This document shows, piece by piece, positions 14,940 to 23,271 of a stretch of 38,387 bases of DNA (within the stretch, counting starts at the first letter, position 1; each line of letters begins with the position of its first letter). The position numbers and the translations under genes were made by a program. The notes under the pieces were generated by a model. That model saw nothing but the letters and a program-made list of their open reading frames with translations. It did not search any database and was not told where the DNA came from. This DNA is from Bdellovibrionia bacterium (lineage in GTDB: Bacteria; Bdellovibrionota; UBA1018), in contig JBGAWT010000002.1 in the NCBI GenBank assembly GCA_044227445.1, forward strand, positions 1 to 38,387, written 5' to 3'.

Positions 14940-15641
14940 CTATCCCTTTTTGGACGTCACCAGCGAGCGTTGCACGATGTTGACGAAGTCTTGAATGAAG
15001 CACTCGATATCTACTGCGACCCTGCGGATCTGGCCCGCGAAGTGGTTGTAGGCGATGACTGCGGGGATCGCAGCGCCGATGCCGGTTGCGGTCGTGATCA
15101 GAGCTTCGGAGATACCGGGGGCGACGACCGCGAGATTGGCCGCGCCCGTTGCGCCGATGCCCTGAAACGAGTTCATGATGCCCCACACGGTGCCGAACAG
15201 GCCTACGAACGGCGCCGCGCTCGCGGTGGTAGCCAGCCAGCCGATGTTTTTTTCGAGTGCCGCGATCTCCGAGTGCGAGGCCCGGATGAGCGCGCGCTGG
15301 ATGTTTTCGACTTTCTCGCCGCCCGTGGTGGGAATGCCGGAGTCGCTTGCCGAGAGCTTGCGCAGCTCCTTGACGCCTCCCTTGAACACGTTAGCGATGG
15401 AGGACACAGCGTACCGATCGCTCTTGTTGACGATCTCCTCGATGCTCTTGCCGTTCCAAAATGTATCTAGGAACTGCTTGTTCTCTGCTCTCACTCGTTT
15501 GAGGTGCTGCCATTTAGCCAGGATGATCGCCCAGCAAAGGACCGATGCCGCGAGCAGCAAGAAGAGCACGAGCTTGGCCATCAACCCGGATTGGGCAATG
15601 AGGTCAAATACTCCAGTGTGAACGACTTGCGGCGTGGACAT
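14940..15641 (-). CDS. tolQ: MotA/TolQ/ExbB proton channel protein TolQ
   Basis: Start moved to MSTPQVVHTGVFDLIAQSG (cat at 15639-15641, with AGGAGA 8 nt upstream on the coding strand). Conserved C-terminal half ...LATTASAAPFVGLFGTVWGIMNSF..APGISEALITTATGIGAAIPAVIAYN. Confidence 0.9.
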   Translation of the reverse strand: MSTPQVVHTGVFDLIAQSGLMAKLVLFLLLAASVLCWAIILAKWQHLKRVRAENKQFLDTFWNGKSIEEIVNKSDRYAVSSIANVFKGGVKELRKLSASDSGIPTTGGEKVENIQRALIRASHSEIAALEKNIGWLATTASAAPFVGLFGTVWGIMNSFQGIGATGAANLAVVAPGISEALITTATGIGAAIPAVIAYNHFAGQIRRVAVDIECFIQDFVNIVQRSLVTSKKG

Positions 15642-15669
15642 GGCGGTCTTCTCCTTTAGTAAACGAAGC

Positions 15670-16668
15670 TCAACGAGAGCGTTTCCAGGCGTTTCGAATG
15701 ATATCGATAAGCAGCAGCCCCTGGAAAGCAAAACTTGAAAGCGGTCCGGATTGGCCTCCCGTGATGAATCGGCCCAAAGAGCCCGACCATTGCGTGCCAG
15801 CCCCGGCAGGCTTCACCAGCAAGATTCCCGAGGCTTCGCCTCCGAGCAATGGAAGGCTCAGCACGAGTTGAAAAACGATGAGGATTCCCGAGACGATGCC
15901 GACGCTGCGCATCGGTGAGTCTCCTTTAAGCGCCCTCACGCAAAGCGCCACCGAAAGCAAGGTGAGCGACGCGGTCTGTAGCAAGCTGAAGTCAAACTGA
16001 ATGAGTTTGGATCCCAAGTACGCCGCTGTCGAAAGAGCGACGGCCGCACCATTCGGAATTCGGCTCGCAGCGCTCTTGAGCAGGACCCCACGAAAGACCC
16101 ATTCTTCGACGTAGGCGAATGCCACGATCGCCAGAACGCGAGCTAAGATCCCGGCTGCTTCTAGCGGTGCTTCGGCCGGTTGGATGTAAACACCTAAGTA
16201 TCGGTAAGCCCCGGCGATGAGGAAGGCGAACACGATGCCCACGGCCACCAGAGTCCCTTGCATCGCGCCCGGCATGAAGTCGCGCTGAAAAGGCGTGCGC
16301 GTAAACCACATGTCGGTGTCCCACTGAATGCCCCAACGCTTGAGCGGCGTGAGCTCGCGCACGATGGGGTGGATCGCTCGAAAGATCAGAGCAAACGCGC
16401 CTGCGCAAAGACCGGCAGTGAGAAGGGAGTTCGAAAAAAAAGCTTCGCTGACTTCATGAAACGTCGGTGGCGGCAGGGGCGGGCCGGCATCGCTTGCGCT
16501 CTTTCGGGACGAAACCACCCAGTAAGTAAAAACGGAGAGCAGCAACAATCGAAAGAAGGCGATGAACGCCGTGTAGAACGCGGCGAAACTCAGGCCGTGA
16601 ATCAGCCAACCCCAGTTGCGGTAAAGACGCTTACCGAATGCCGCGGCGGGGTGGGGTAGCGGGACCAT
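15670..16668 (-). CDS. CPBP (CAAX protease / bacteriocin-processing) family intramembrane protein, probably catalytically degenerate
   Basis: Polytopic membrane protein with the CPBP motif 1 EEWVFRG (EExxxR). No His occurs anywhere downstream of it, so motifs FxxxH and HxxxN are missing. Start set to Met36 (cat at 16666-16668), which still overlaps the GH15 stop by 38 nt; the start is uncertain. Confidence 0.6.
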   Translation of the reverse strand: MVPLPHPAAAFGKRLYRNWGWLIHGLSFAAFYTAFIAFFRLLLLSVFTYWVVSSRKSASDAGPPLPPPTFHEVSEAFFSNSLLTAGLCAGAFALIFRAIHPIVRELTPLKRWGIQWDTDMWFTRTPFQRDFMPGAMQGTLVAVGIVFAFLIAGAYRYLGVYIQPAEAPLEAAGILARVLAIVAFAYVEEWVFRGVLLKSAASRIPNGAAVALSTAAYLGSKLIQFDFSLLQTASLTLLSVALCVRALKGDSPMRSVGIVSGILIVFQLVLSLPLLGGEASGILLVKPAGAGTQWSGSLGRFITGGQSGPLSSFAFQGLLLIDIIRNAWKRSR

Positions 16669-18823
16669 TCCGCCGTAGATTCTTCCGGATAGAGGACGGC
16701 GCGTGTGCTGAGACGGGGGTGTCAAAAAGTTTCTCCTCCTCCAAGCTCCAGTGCAGCCGGATATCTTCAGCATGGGCCCAGACTAGCGGACATGCAACCC
16801 CAGCCGGAGCTTGCGCTACGACCTTGCCGCCCTCCGTCTTAATGTCCCATTGTTCGGGAATCAGGCCCGTCGATGTGGCCGTATCCTCTAAGAGGTTGAG
16901 CTGAGCCAAAGCCCGGCTCGAGTCGCTTGCTGCGATCGCGTAGTGGCCGCGTTCGCCTGCTAAGATGGGCCAGTAGCCGCCTTTGTGATTCAGGCCGTAG
17001 CCGTCGCGATTGTAGCGACCGTAGAGGCGCGCCTGGCCAATCGCTCGAGTCCAGCGCGAGGCGATCTTGAGGCTGGGTTTTTCGAGTGCCTCGAGCGTGA
17101 AACGAATGCGGGGATCGATCGCGGTGCGAACGCCTAGGCGGACGAGCTCGAGAAATCCTCCGTCTAGAATCTCCTGGCTTCCCGCCATCCCGCCGCCGTT
17201 GGCGATTCCGTAGCGCTCGTTGAGATCCGGGCGTCCCGAGGGGCTAATGCGGAGGTAATATTCCTTGCCGTGTTGGCCTTCGGGCACGAGCGTCCAACTC
17301 TCAAGCGAAGACTCCCAAGTATTGCCCACGCGCTCAAACGAGGGGTCATCCAAAAGTCGTGAGGCCTCTCGAAGCGCCGCAATCTCAGCGGCTAGAGTCG
17401 AAGGGCTGTAGCCACCTGCTTCTTCCCAGCGCTCTTGTTGGGTCTTAGGTCCGTTATCCACCAAGAAGGCCGCCGCCTTGCGAACCATGCTCTTGTACGT
17501 GCTCGTGAGCATGAACTCCGAGTCAATCTCGCTAAGCTTAGAAATGAGCAGGATCGGGTAGGCCGTCTCGTCGAGCTGCAAGCCCTTCCAGTAGGGCGCG
17601 CCATTGACCCACGTGTTTTGATGCCAGGAGCCGTCGGGTTTTTGAATGCTGGCTAGATACTGCGCTACGGAGCGAGCCGTACGGATGTCGCCAGCGGCTA
17701 AGAGCCCCATCGCGGCGTGGTACAGATCGCGCGGCCAAACAAGATGGTATCCGCCGGTGTTGTCCTCCGGAGCGCGATCGCCGTCCGGGATCGCAGGCGA
17801 GGAGAGCGAAGCGACGATCGCTCCGCGATGCGATTTATCTTCGTGCATCTTGATGATCTGAAGCGAGCGACGCGCAAACGTGCTTTCGGTGAGGAAGCGC
17901 CTGCGGCCCAATTTTTTTCGGCTCTCCGGAGAGAGGCTCTTGGTCGAGAGACCTTCGAGGTAGTTCTTCCACCCCTGTTCGTAAGCGTCGCGAACCCGTG
18001 CGAAAGGCTCGCGCAGTGCGAGCTTTGCAACACTCTGGGCTTCAAACACTGAGGATCCAAACCCCAATGCGAAATCCATTTCGATCACCGAGCGTTTTCC
18101 GATATCCAGTTGTGCGGTCAGCGCCACATTGCCTGGGCCGGCTTGCTTTTCGCGATGGGTGAGCCTGAAGTTGTGGCTCAGATCCTGCCAACCGTCGCTC
18201 GTGCCCACGTAGCCCACGCTTCCGGTTTCGAACGGGATGCTCGAGGCAAGTGCTGCGGCCGAGCCGCCCTTGCGGAAAGCAGTGAGCGTCGTGCCGTCCG
18301 GAATCTCTGCGTAATTGGCGCTGCCTCGTCCGTCGATGGCGGGTTTTAGAAGAATGTAAACTTGTGCAGCGCGAAGCAGGCGGATGCGCGCATGAATTCT
18401 GACTACGGGCGAGCGAGGATCGGCGACGATTTCCTGCCTGAGCTCGTAGAGGCCATTTTTGTCCTCGCCTTCGATGACCACGCCCATGCCTTCGTCCGAG
18501 TAGCTTACTTTGGAAATGAGATCCCGCTTTTGCTCAGAAAAGGTCGCGACGCCATCGCTCACCAAGAACTGCAGATCCCCGATTTGGGGGCGATCCACCG
18601 AGGGATAAAAAACCTCAGTTAGGATGCCCTGCGCTACGGTGAACCAAACCGGAGAAGCGGCACCTTTAGGCTCGTAAGCCGCTCCGATGGCTTGCTTCCA
18701 GGCAGGCGCCCAGGTGTGCGCGATGCCCGGTGCACCCGGAGGCTGAGCGCGCACATCGTGGATTTGCGCAGCCAAAAAAATGACGACCAATGAAACTTTT
18801 ACAAACCGTGGATTTCGCCCCAT
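16631..18823 (-). CDS. Secreted glycoside hydrolase family 15 (glucoamylase / glucodextranase)
   Basis: 730 aa with a signal peptide (VSLVVIFLAAQIHDVRAQ), a bacterial N-terminal beta-sandwich region, and a catalytic (alpha/alpha)6 region with GYHLVWPRDLYH and QERWEE (GH15 general-acid Glu motif). Confidence 0.85.
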   Translation of the reverse strand: MGRNPRFVKVSLVVIFLAAQIHDVRAQPPGAPGIAHTWAPAWKQAIGAAYEPKGAASPVWFTVAQGILTEVFYPSVDRPQIGDLQFLVSDGVATFSEQKRDLISKVSYSDEGMGVVIEGEDKNGLYELRQEIVADPRSPVVRIHARIRLLRAAQVYILLKPAIDGRGSANYAEIPDGTTLTAFRKGGSAAALASSIPFETGSVGYVGTSDGWQDLSHNFRLTHREKQAGPGNVALTAQLDIGKRSVIEMDFALGFGSSVFEAQSVAKLALREPFARVRDAYEQGWKNYLEGLSTKSLSPESRKKLGRRRFLTESTFARRSLQIIKMHEDKSHRGAIVASLSSPAIPDGDRAPEDNTGGYHLVWPRDLYHAAMGLLAAGDIRTARSVAQYLASIQKPDGSWHQNTWVNGAPYWKGLQLDETAYPILLISKLSEIDSEFMLTSTYKSMVRKAAAFLVDNGPKTQQERWEEAGGYSPSTLAAEIAALREASRLLDDPSFERVGNTWESSLESWTLVPEGQHGKEYYLRISPSGRPDLNERYGIANGGGMAGSQEILDGGFLELVRLGVRTAIDPRIRFTLEALEKPSLKIASRWTRAIGQARLYGRYNRDGYGLNHKGGYWPILAGERGHYAIAASDSSRALAQLNLLEDTATSTGLIPEQWDIKTEGGKVVAQAPAGVACPLVWAHAEDIRLHWSLEEEKLFDTPVSAHAPSSIRKNLRRNGPATPPRRGIR

Positions 18824-18944
18824 GCAGCTCGTGTCTCTCGACGGTAGCGTTCATGTCAATCAAAACGCTCTTGTGCTATTCTGGGCACCGCTTCATCCGT
18901 TGGCTCGGGGGCCATGGGTGCAGAGTCGTTCAGGGGGAATTTCG

Positions 18945-19625
18945 GTGATTCAGCTTCAAAGCGTTTCAAAATCCTATCACGGGCAGACCCGCGTTTTGGA
19001 CCACGTCCAGCTCGAAGTGAGCAAAGGCGATTTCCTTTATGTTGTCGGCGGAAGCGGAGCGGGAAAATCTTCGCTGCTTCGGATTTTAGCCACCGACGAC
19101 GAGCCCACAGCAGGCAACGTCTCTCTTTTTGGTTACGACCTCTCACGATCGCCAGCCAACTTAGTCACGCGTATTCGTCGCACGATTGGCTATGTGCCTC
19201 AAGATCTGCGCCTGATCGGCGATCTTTCGGTATTTGATAACGTCGCGCTCTCCGTTCAGCTCTCTGAGCGCAAACTGGGCGAAGCAGCCGCGCGCCAAGA
19301 AATATTGGCGCTCCTCGCGCGCTTGGGGCTGGAAGCCAAAAAGAATTTACCTGTCTCGATGCTCTCTGGCGGCGAAGCGCAACGCGTGGCTTTTGCTCGA
19401 GCCTTGGCTCGTAAGCCTGAGCTCATCATCGCTGACGAGCCCACTGGATCGCAGGACAGAGATTTTACGTGGTCGATGATGGATCTCCTTTTGAAAGCCA
19501 ATCTCGAGGGCACCACTGTGATCGTGGCCACCCACGATCGCGAGATCGTCAGGCGAGTGCGCAAGCGCTGCGCGGTGCTCAAGGAAGGACGCCTGCGCGT
19601 TGAGGACGGTCTATGTATTTACTGA
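18945..19625 (+). CDS. ftsE: Cell division ATP-binding protein FtsE
   Basis: Start set to the in-frame GTG at 18945, with AGGGGGA 6 nt upstream. Begins VIQLQSVSKSY. Walker A GGSGAGKSS, signature LSGGEAQRV, Walker B LIIADEPT. The 55-aa N-terminal extension of track ORF 18780 has no ABC homology. Overlaps ftsX by 13 nt. Confidence 0.9.
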   Translation: MIQLQSVSKSYHGQTRVLDHVQLEVSKGDFLYVVGGSGAGKSSLLRILATDDEPTAGNVSLFGYDLSRSPANLVTRIRRTIGYVPQDLRLIGDLSVFDNVALSVQLSERKLGEAAARQEILALLARLGLEAKKNLPVSMLSGGEAQRVAFARALARKPELIIADEPTGSQDRDFTWSMMDLLLKANLEGTTVIVATHDREIVRRVRKRCAVLKEGRLRVEDGLCIY

Positions 19626-20485
19626 AGCTCGCAATGAGGCCCTGGCGCCGCGCGCCGCTGAGCCAAGTTTTTTCGTCTCTTGCCGTAGGGCTGTTGCTCG
19701 CCCTCATCGCGTTCATGGGCTGGTTTCAAGAAGGACTGGCGCCGCTCGTGGAGCGACTCAAGCAAGAGCAAGTGGTCACGGCTTACATCGATTCGAAGCG
19801 CGATCCCGCGAATGACGGCCAGATCGCCGATGAGATTCGCACGCGCCTTAGCGCCGCGCAGGTTTCGGCCGAAGTCGAGGTCGTGGGCGTTTCGTCGTTT
19901 CTCAAAAAGCTGCAAGCTTCCTATCCCGATTTGGCGCGCGAGCTCGAGGGTTTGGGTGCTGAGATTTCGGCCATTGTCCCTCGCTATGTCAGCGTGGCTG
20001 GCGTGTTGACGGATTCGGGTGTTTCGCAGATCCGTTCGGTGCCTGGAGTGGAGAGCGCAGAGAGCTCAAAGGATCGTTATCGCCACATCGTCGGAGCGTT
20101 TTCGGCCGTGCGATGGATCGCGCGCGCGTTGGCCTTGGGGCTTGCGCTAGCGCTCATCACGGGTCTGGTGCACTTGGCTAAGATGAATTCGTACCTCCAT
20201 CGCGACGCGCTTTTGGTTCTTAGGCAGTGGGGCGCATCTCGAATGACGACGCGAATTTTCGGATTGCCTCTCAGGTCTGGGAGCGGGACTTTTGGGCGGC
20301 TGCGCGGGCGCCTTGTTTTGGTTGGGCGCGCGCGGTCCTGTGGTTTCGGCCATCCGTGGGCTTTCGCCTTATCTCAAACAGCTTGCTCGATCTCGGTGGA
20401 GCAAACTCTCGTGCTCGTCGCAGCAGGGGCTTTAGTGGGCGCTCTTGCCGGCTGGGCTGGCCAATGGGCAGGCGATGAGAAGTAG
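19613..20485 (+). CDS. ftsX: Cell division permease FtsX (C-terminal third shows a probable frame anomaly, see findings)
   Basis: Position after ftsE. TM1 LSQVFSSLAVGLLLALIAFMGWF, a periplasmic loop domain, TM2 AVRWIARALALGLALALITGLVHLA, the motif LRQWGAS (for LxGAT), and the final TM TLVLVAAGALVGALAGWAG. The expected TM3 is missing from this frame. Confidence 0.75.
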   Translation: MYLLKLAMRPWRRAPLSQVFSSLAVGLLLALIAFMGWFQEGLAPLVERLKQEQVVTAYIDSKRDPANDGQIADEIRTRLSAAQVSAEVEVVGVSSFLKKLQASYPDLARELEGLGAEISAIVPRYVSVAGVLTDSGVSQIRSVPGVESAESSKDRYRHIVGAFSAVRWIARALALGLALALITGLVHLAKMNSYLHRDALLVLRQWGASRMTTRIFGLPLRSGSGTFGRLRGRLVLVGRARSCGFGHPWAFALSQTACSISVEQTLVLVAAGALVGALAGWAGQWAGDEK

Positions 20486-21710
20486 TTACGCGGTTCTTTC
20501 TTTCCTTGCCGTCAGTGCGACTGCGTTTGCAGCTCCGATTCCTCCCAAGCTAAGCGGACGAGCATCGATCCCACGCGTTACCTCCAACGGCCATGCCTCT
20601 CAGCTTGCGGCCGAGCTGCGGATGCTCAGGCAAAGGGTTTTAGATGTCGAAGGAGCGCTTGTCTCGTCGGTTAAGAGCAAGAAGGCGGCTAAGCAGCAGA
20701 TCGCTCGGATCAAAGAGCTTTTGAGCCTGCAGAAGCGCGAGCGCGAAGTCGCACGCAAGCGCGTGAAAGAGCTGGAGCATACGGTGAGCGAGCTTGAGGC
20801 TCGTCGTGGCGCACTGGCTGGCGAGATGATCCAGCAGCGTGAGACGATTCGCAAAGCCCTTATCGCGTTGGATACCGCGCCCGTCAGGCCTGATCAGCAG
20901 GGTGCTGAGAGCTTGCACCTGCCGGATCAAGAGCGTCTTGAGGCCCCCAAGCGCCGAGTTCTCGCTGCTCTCGTTGACCGAGGCGTTAAGGAGATCGAAG
21001 CTCTGCGAGCGGATCTCAGCGACGCATCTCAGTTAGCGGACCTGATCTCCGAGGAGCGTCGCGAGATCGCAAGCCTCCTGCAAGATATCCAGGAGCAAGA
21101 AGGCCTGTTGGTCTTGAATCAAAACCTTCAGAAGGACCTGCTTAAGCGCGCCCATTCCGAGCGCCTAGCGCAATTAGAGAACTACCGAAGGCTCAAGATC
21201 GCTCAAGCCCAGGTCGAGCGCTTGGTGACAGATTTTCAGTCGCGTAAGGAACTTCAAAAAACCATTAAGCAGGAGCGCGATCAGGAGCGTTGGGCTCGCG
21301 AGCTTGCCGATGCCCCGTTCGCCAAGCTCAAGGGTAAGCTCTCTCTTCCCATCGCTGATGGCAGGGTGACCGGTGAGTTTGGTCGAGTGCTTGATCCAAA
21401 GAGTCAACTCTACGTATTTAAGAAGGGAATTGAGATCCAAGCCCCTCCTGCAAGCTCGGTTACGAGCGTTTGGGATGGCCAAATCGCGTTTATCGGCGAG
21501 CTACAGGGTCATGGCCGCGTCATGATCGTCGACCACGGGCACCATTATTATACTTTGCTGGCTAACTTGGGATCGTTGACCAAAAAGGAGGGGGAAAAAA
21601 TTCACCAGGGAGAAACATTGGGAGTTTCCGATGCGTCTGGTGTGCCCCTATACTTTGAGATTCGGGAGAAAAACATCCCTGTGAATCCGTTGCAGTGGGT
21701 GCGCCGTTAG
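20475..21710 (+). CDS. envC: EnvC-like murein hydrolase activator (coiled coil + degenerate LytM/M23 domain)
   Basis: Start at ATG 20475 (MRSSYAVLSFLAVSATAFAAP signal peptide), overlapping the ftsX stop. Long heptad-rich coiled-coil region. In the C-terminal LytM domain, HxxxD is replaced by KKGIEIQ and HxH by PLYFEIR, the inactive-activator pattern known for EnvC. Confidence 0.8.
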   Translation: MRSSYAVLSFLAVSATAFAAPIPPKLSGRASIPRVTSNGHASQLAAELRMLRQRVLDVEGALVSSVKSKKAAKQQIARIKELLSLQKREREVARKRVKELEHTVSELEARRGALAGEMIQQRETIRKALIALDTAPVRPDQQGAESLHLPDQERLEAPKRRVLAALVDRGVKEIEALRADLSDASQLADLISEERREIASLLQDIQEQEGLLVLNQNLQKDLLKRAHSERLAQLENYRRLKIAQAQVERLVTDFQSRKELQKTIKQERDQERWARELADAPFAKLKGKLSLPIADGRVTGEFGRVLDPKSQLYVFKKGIEIQAPPASSVTSVWDGQIAFIGELQGHGRVMIVDHGHHYYTLLANLGSLTKKEGEKIHQGETLGVSDASGVPLYFEIREKNIPVNPLQWVRR

Positions 21711-21729
21711 TCTAACTTGAGGACCAAGT

Positions 21730-23223
21730 ATGTTGAAATTAATGCGCAAGTTGTCGTTGACCGTTTGGATGTTCACCCTGTCTTTCGGAGGAGTATGGGC
21801 CGGCCAAACGCTGACACTGCACTTGCTTGCTGCGACAAGCGCCCACGCTAAGCCTTCACTAGGCGAAGCCAAGTCGGGCGCCGGCACCCAAGACCGATAC
21901 GAAAACCTAGAGCTCTTTCAAAAGGTTCTTCATTACGTCGAGAACAACTACGTCGACGAAGTGAAGAACAAGGATCTCATCTACGGCGCGATCAAAGGGA
22001 TGCTCGAGACTCTCGACCCGCACTCCCAGTTCATGACTCCCGAAGTCTTCAAAGAAATGAAGACAGATACCCAAGGCAAGTTCGGTGGCCTGGGCATCGA
22101 AATCGGTATGAAGGACAATATCCTTACTGTCATCGCCCCGATCGAAGATACCCCAGCTTGGCGCGGGGGCCTTAAGCCCAACGACCGCATCGTTAAGATC
22201 AACGGTGAGTCCACCAAGGGCATGTCGCTCATGGAAGCCGTCAACAAGATGCGCGGCAAGAAGGGTACGGACGTCACGCTCGCGATTTATCGTGACGGAT
22301 TTGAGCGTATTAAGGACGTCAAGATCACGCGCGACATCATCAAGATTCAATCCGTGAAGTACGAAGTGCTGGATTCGCACATCGGTTACATGCGCCTGAC
22401 GACTTTTAACGAGTCAGCGGGATCCGACCTGCGCAAAGCGCTCGATACGATGAACAAGAAAGACAAGCTGCGTGGTCTCGTGTTTGACCTGCGCACCAAT
22501 CCAGGCGGCTTGCTCGACCAAGCTGTCGAAGTGACCTCATTGTTCGTCGACAAGGGCGTCGTGGTCTCTACGATTCCTCGCAACAAGGACGAAGCCAAAG
22601 TCCTACATGCCATCGAAGGGCGCGCTAACAAGGACATTCCTCTGGTCGTGCTGGTGAATTCAAGCAGCGCTTCGGCAGCTGAGATCGTCGCAGGCGCCCT
22701 GCAAGACCATCACCGCGGAATCATCATGGGGCAGCCTACGTTCGGAAAAGGCTCCGTCCAGACTCTGATCGAGCTCGGTGCTGATGTGGGCCTCAAGCTC
22801 ACGATCGCGCGTTACTACACGCCGAGCGGCCGCAGCATCCAGGAAAAGGGTGTTCAACCGGACATCATTTTGGATGAGTACGATCCTAAGCTTCTGGCCC
22901 AAGCCAAGCTCAAGGGTGAGTCCTTCCGCGAGCGCGATCTGAAGGGCCACATGGTCAATACGGATAAGGAAGCCGCTGAAGCTGCAGCAGAAGAAAAGAA
23001 GAAAGACGACTTCAAGCGCGAAGAGCTTGAGGCTTTGGCAGCTAAGAAAGCTAAGGGCGGCAAGGGCGCTGATAAAGACGATGACGACATGACGCCCGTA
23101 AAGATCTCGCCTAAGGACGACTATCAGGTTCGCGAAGCTGTGAACTATCTGAAGTCCTTTGACATCATTAAGAAGCTTGCTTCCGGCACGCCTGCGCAAG
23201 CACCGACCGAAGCGAAGAACTAG
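21730..23223 (+). CDS. ctpA: Carboxy-terminal processing protease (S41, Ctp/Prc family) with PDZ domain
   Basis: FGGLGIEIG...PDZ (GLKPNDRIVKING), then LVVLVNSSSASAAEIVAGALQD (catalytic Ser region) and PTFGKGSVQ (Lys region). Lys/Glu/Asp-rich C-terminal extension. Confidence 0.9.
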   Translation: MLKLMRKLSLTVWMFTLSFGGVWAGQTLTLHLLAATSAHAKPSLGEAKSGAGTQDRYENLELFQKVLHYVENNYVDEVKNKDLIYGAIKGMLETLDPHSQFMTPEVFKEMKTDTQGKFGGLGIEIGMKDNILTVIAPIEDTPAWRGGLKPNDRIVKINGESTKGMSLMEAVNKMRGKKGTDVTLAIYRDGFERIKDVKITRDIIKIQSVKYEVLDSHIGYMRLTTFNESAGSDLRKALDTMNKKDKLRGLVFDLRTNPGGLLDQAVEVTSLFVDKGVVVSTIPRNKDEAKVLHAIEGRANKDIPLVVLVNSSSASAAEIVAGALQDHHRGIIMGQPTFGKGSVQTLIELGADVGLKLTIARYYTPSGRSIQEKGVQPDIILDEYDPKLLAQAKLKGESFRERDLKGHMVNTDKEAAEAAAEEKKKDDFKREELEALAAKKAKGGKGADKDDDDMTPVKISPKDDYQVREAVNYLKSFDIIKKLASGTPAQAPTEAKN

Positions 23224-23271
23224 AAAGACCGGTTTCGGTTTCAGTCAGAGAGCAGACTTAGAATCGACGCC

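Noticed and set aside
14925-15470. 181-aa plus-strand ORF and the 148-aa ORF 15175..15621
   Set aside because: They are antisense to tolQ, whose frame shows the conserved MotA/TolQ/ExbB C-terminal motifs.
18780-18944. 55-codon N-terminal extension of the ftsE ORF
   Set aside because: The extension overlaps the divergent GH15 start region and has no ABC-ATPase similarity. An in-frame GTG at 18945 with an AGGGGGA SD gives the canonical FtsE N-terminus.
22660-23199. 179-aa minus-strand ORF (and 21907..22380)
   Set aside because: They are antisense to the S41 protease gene.
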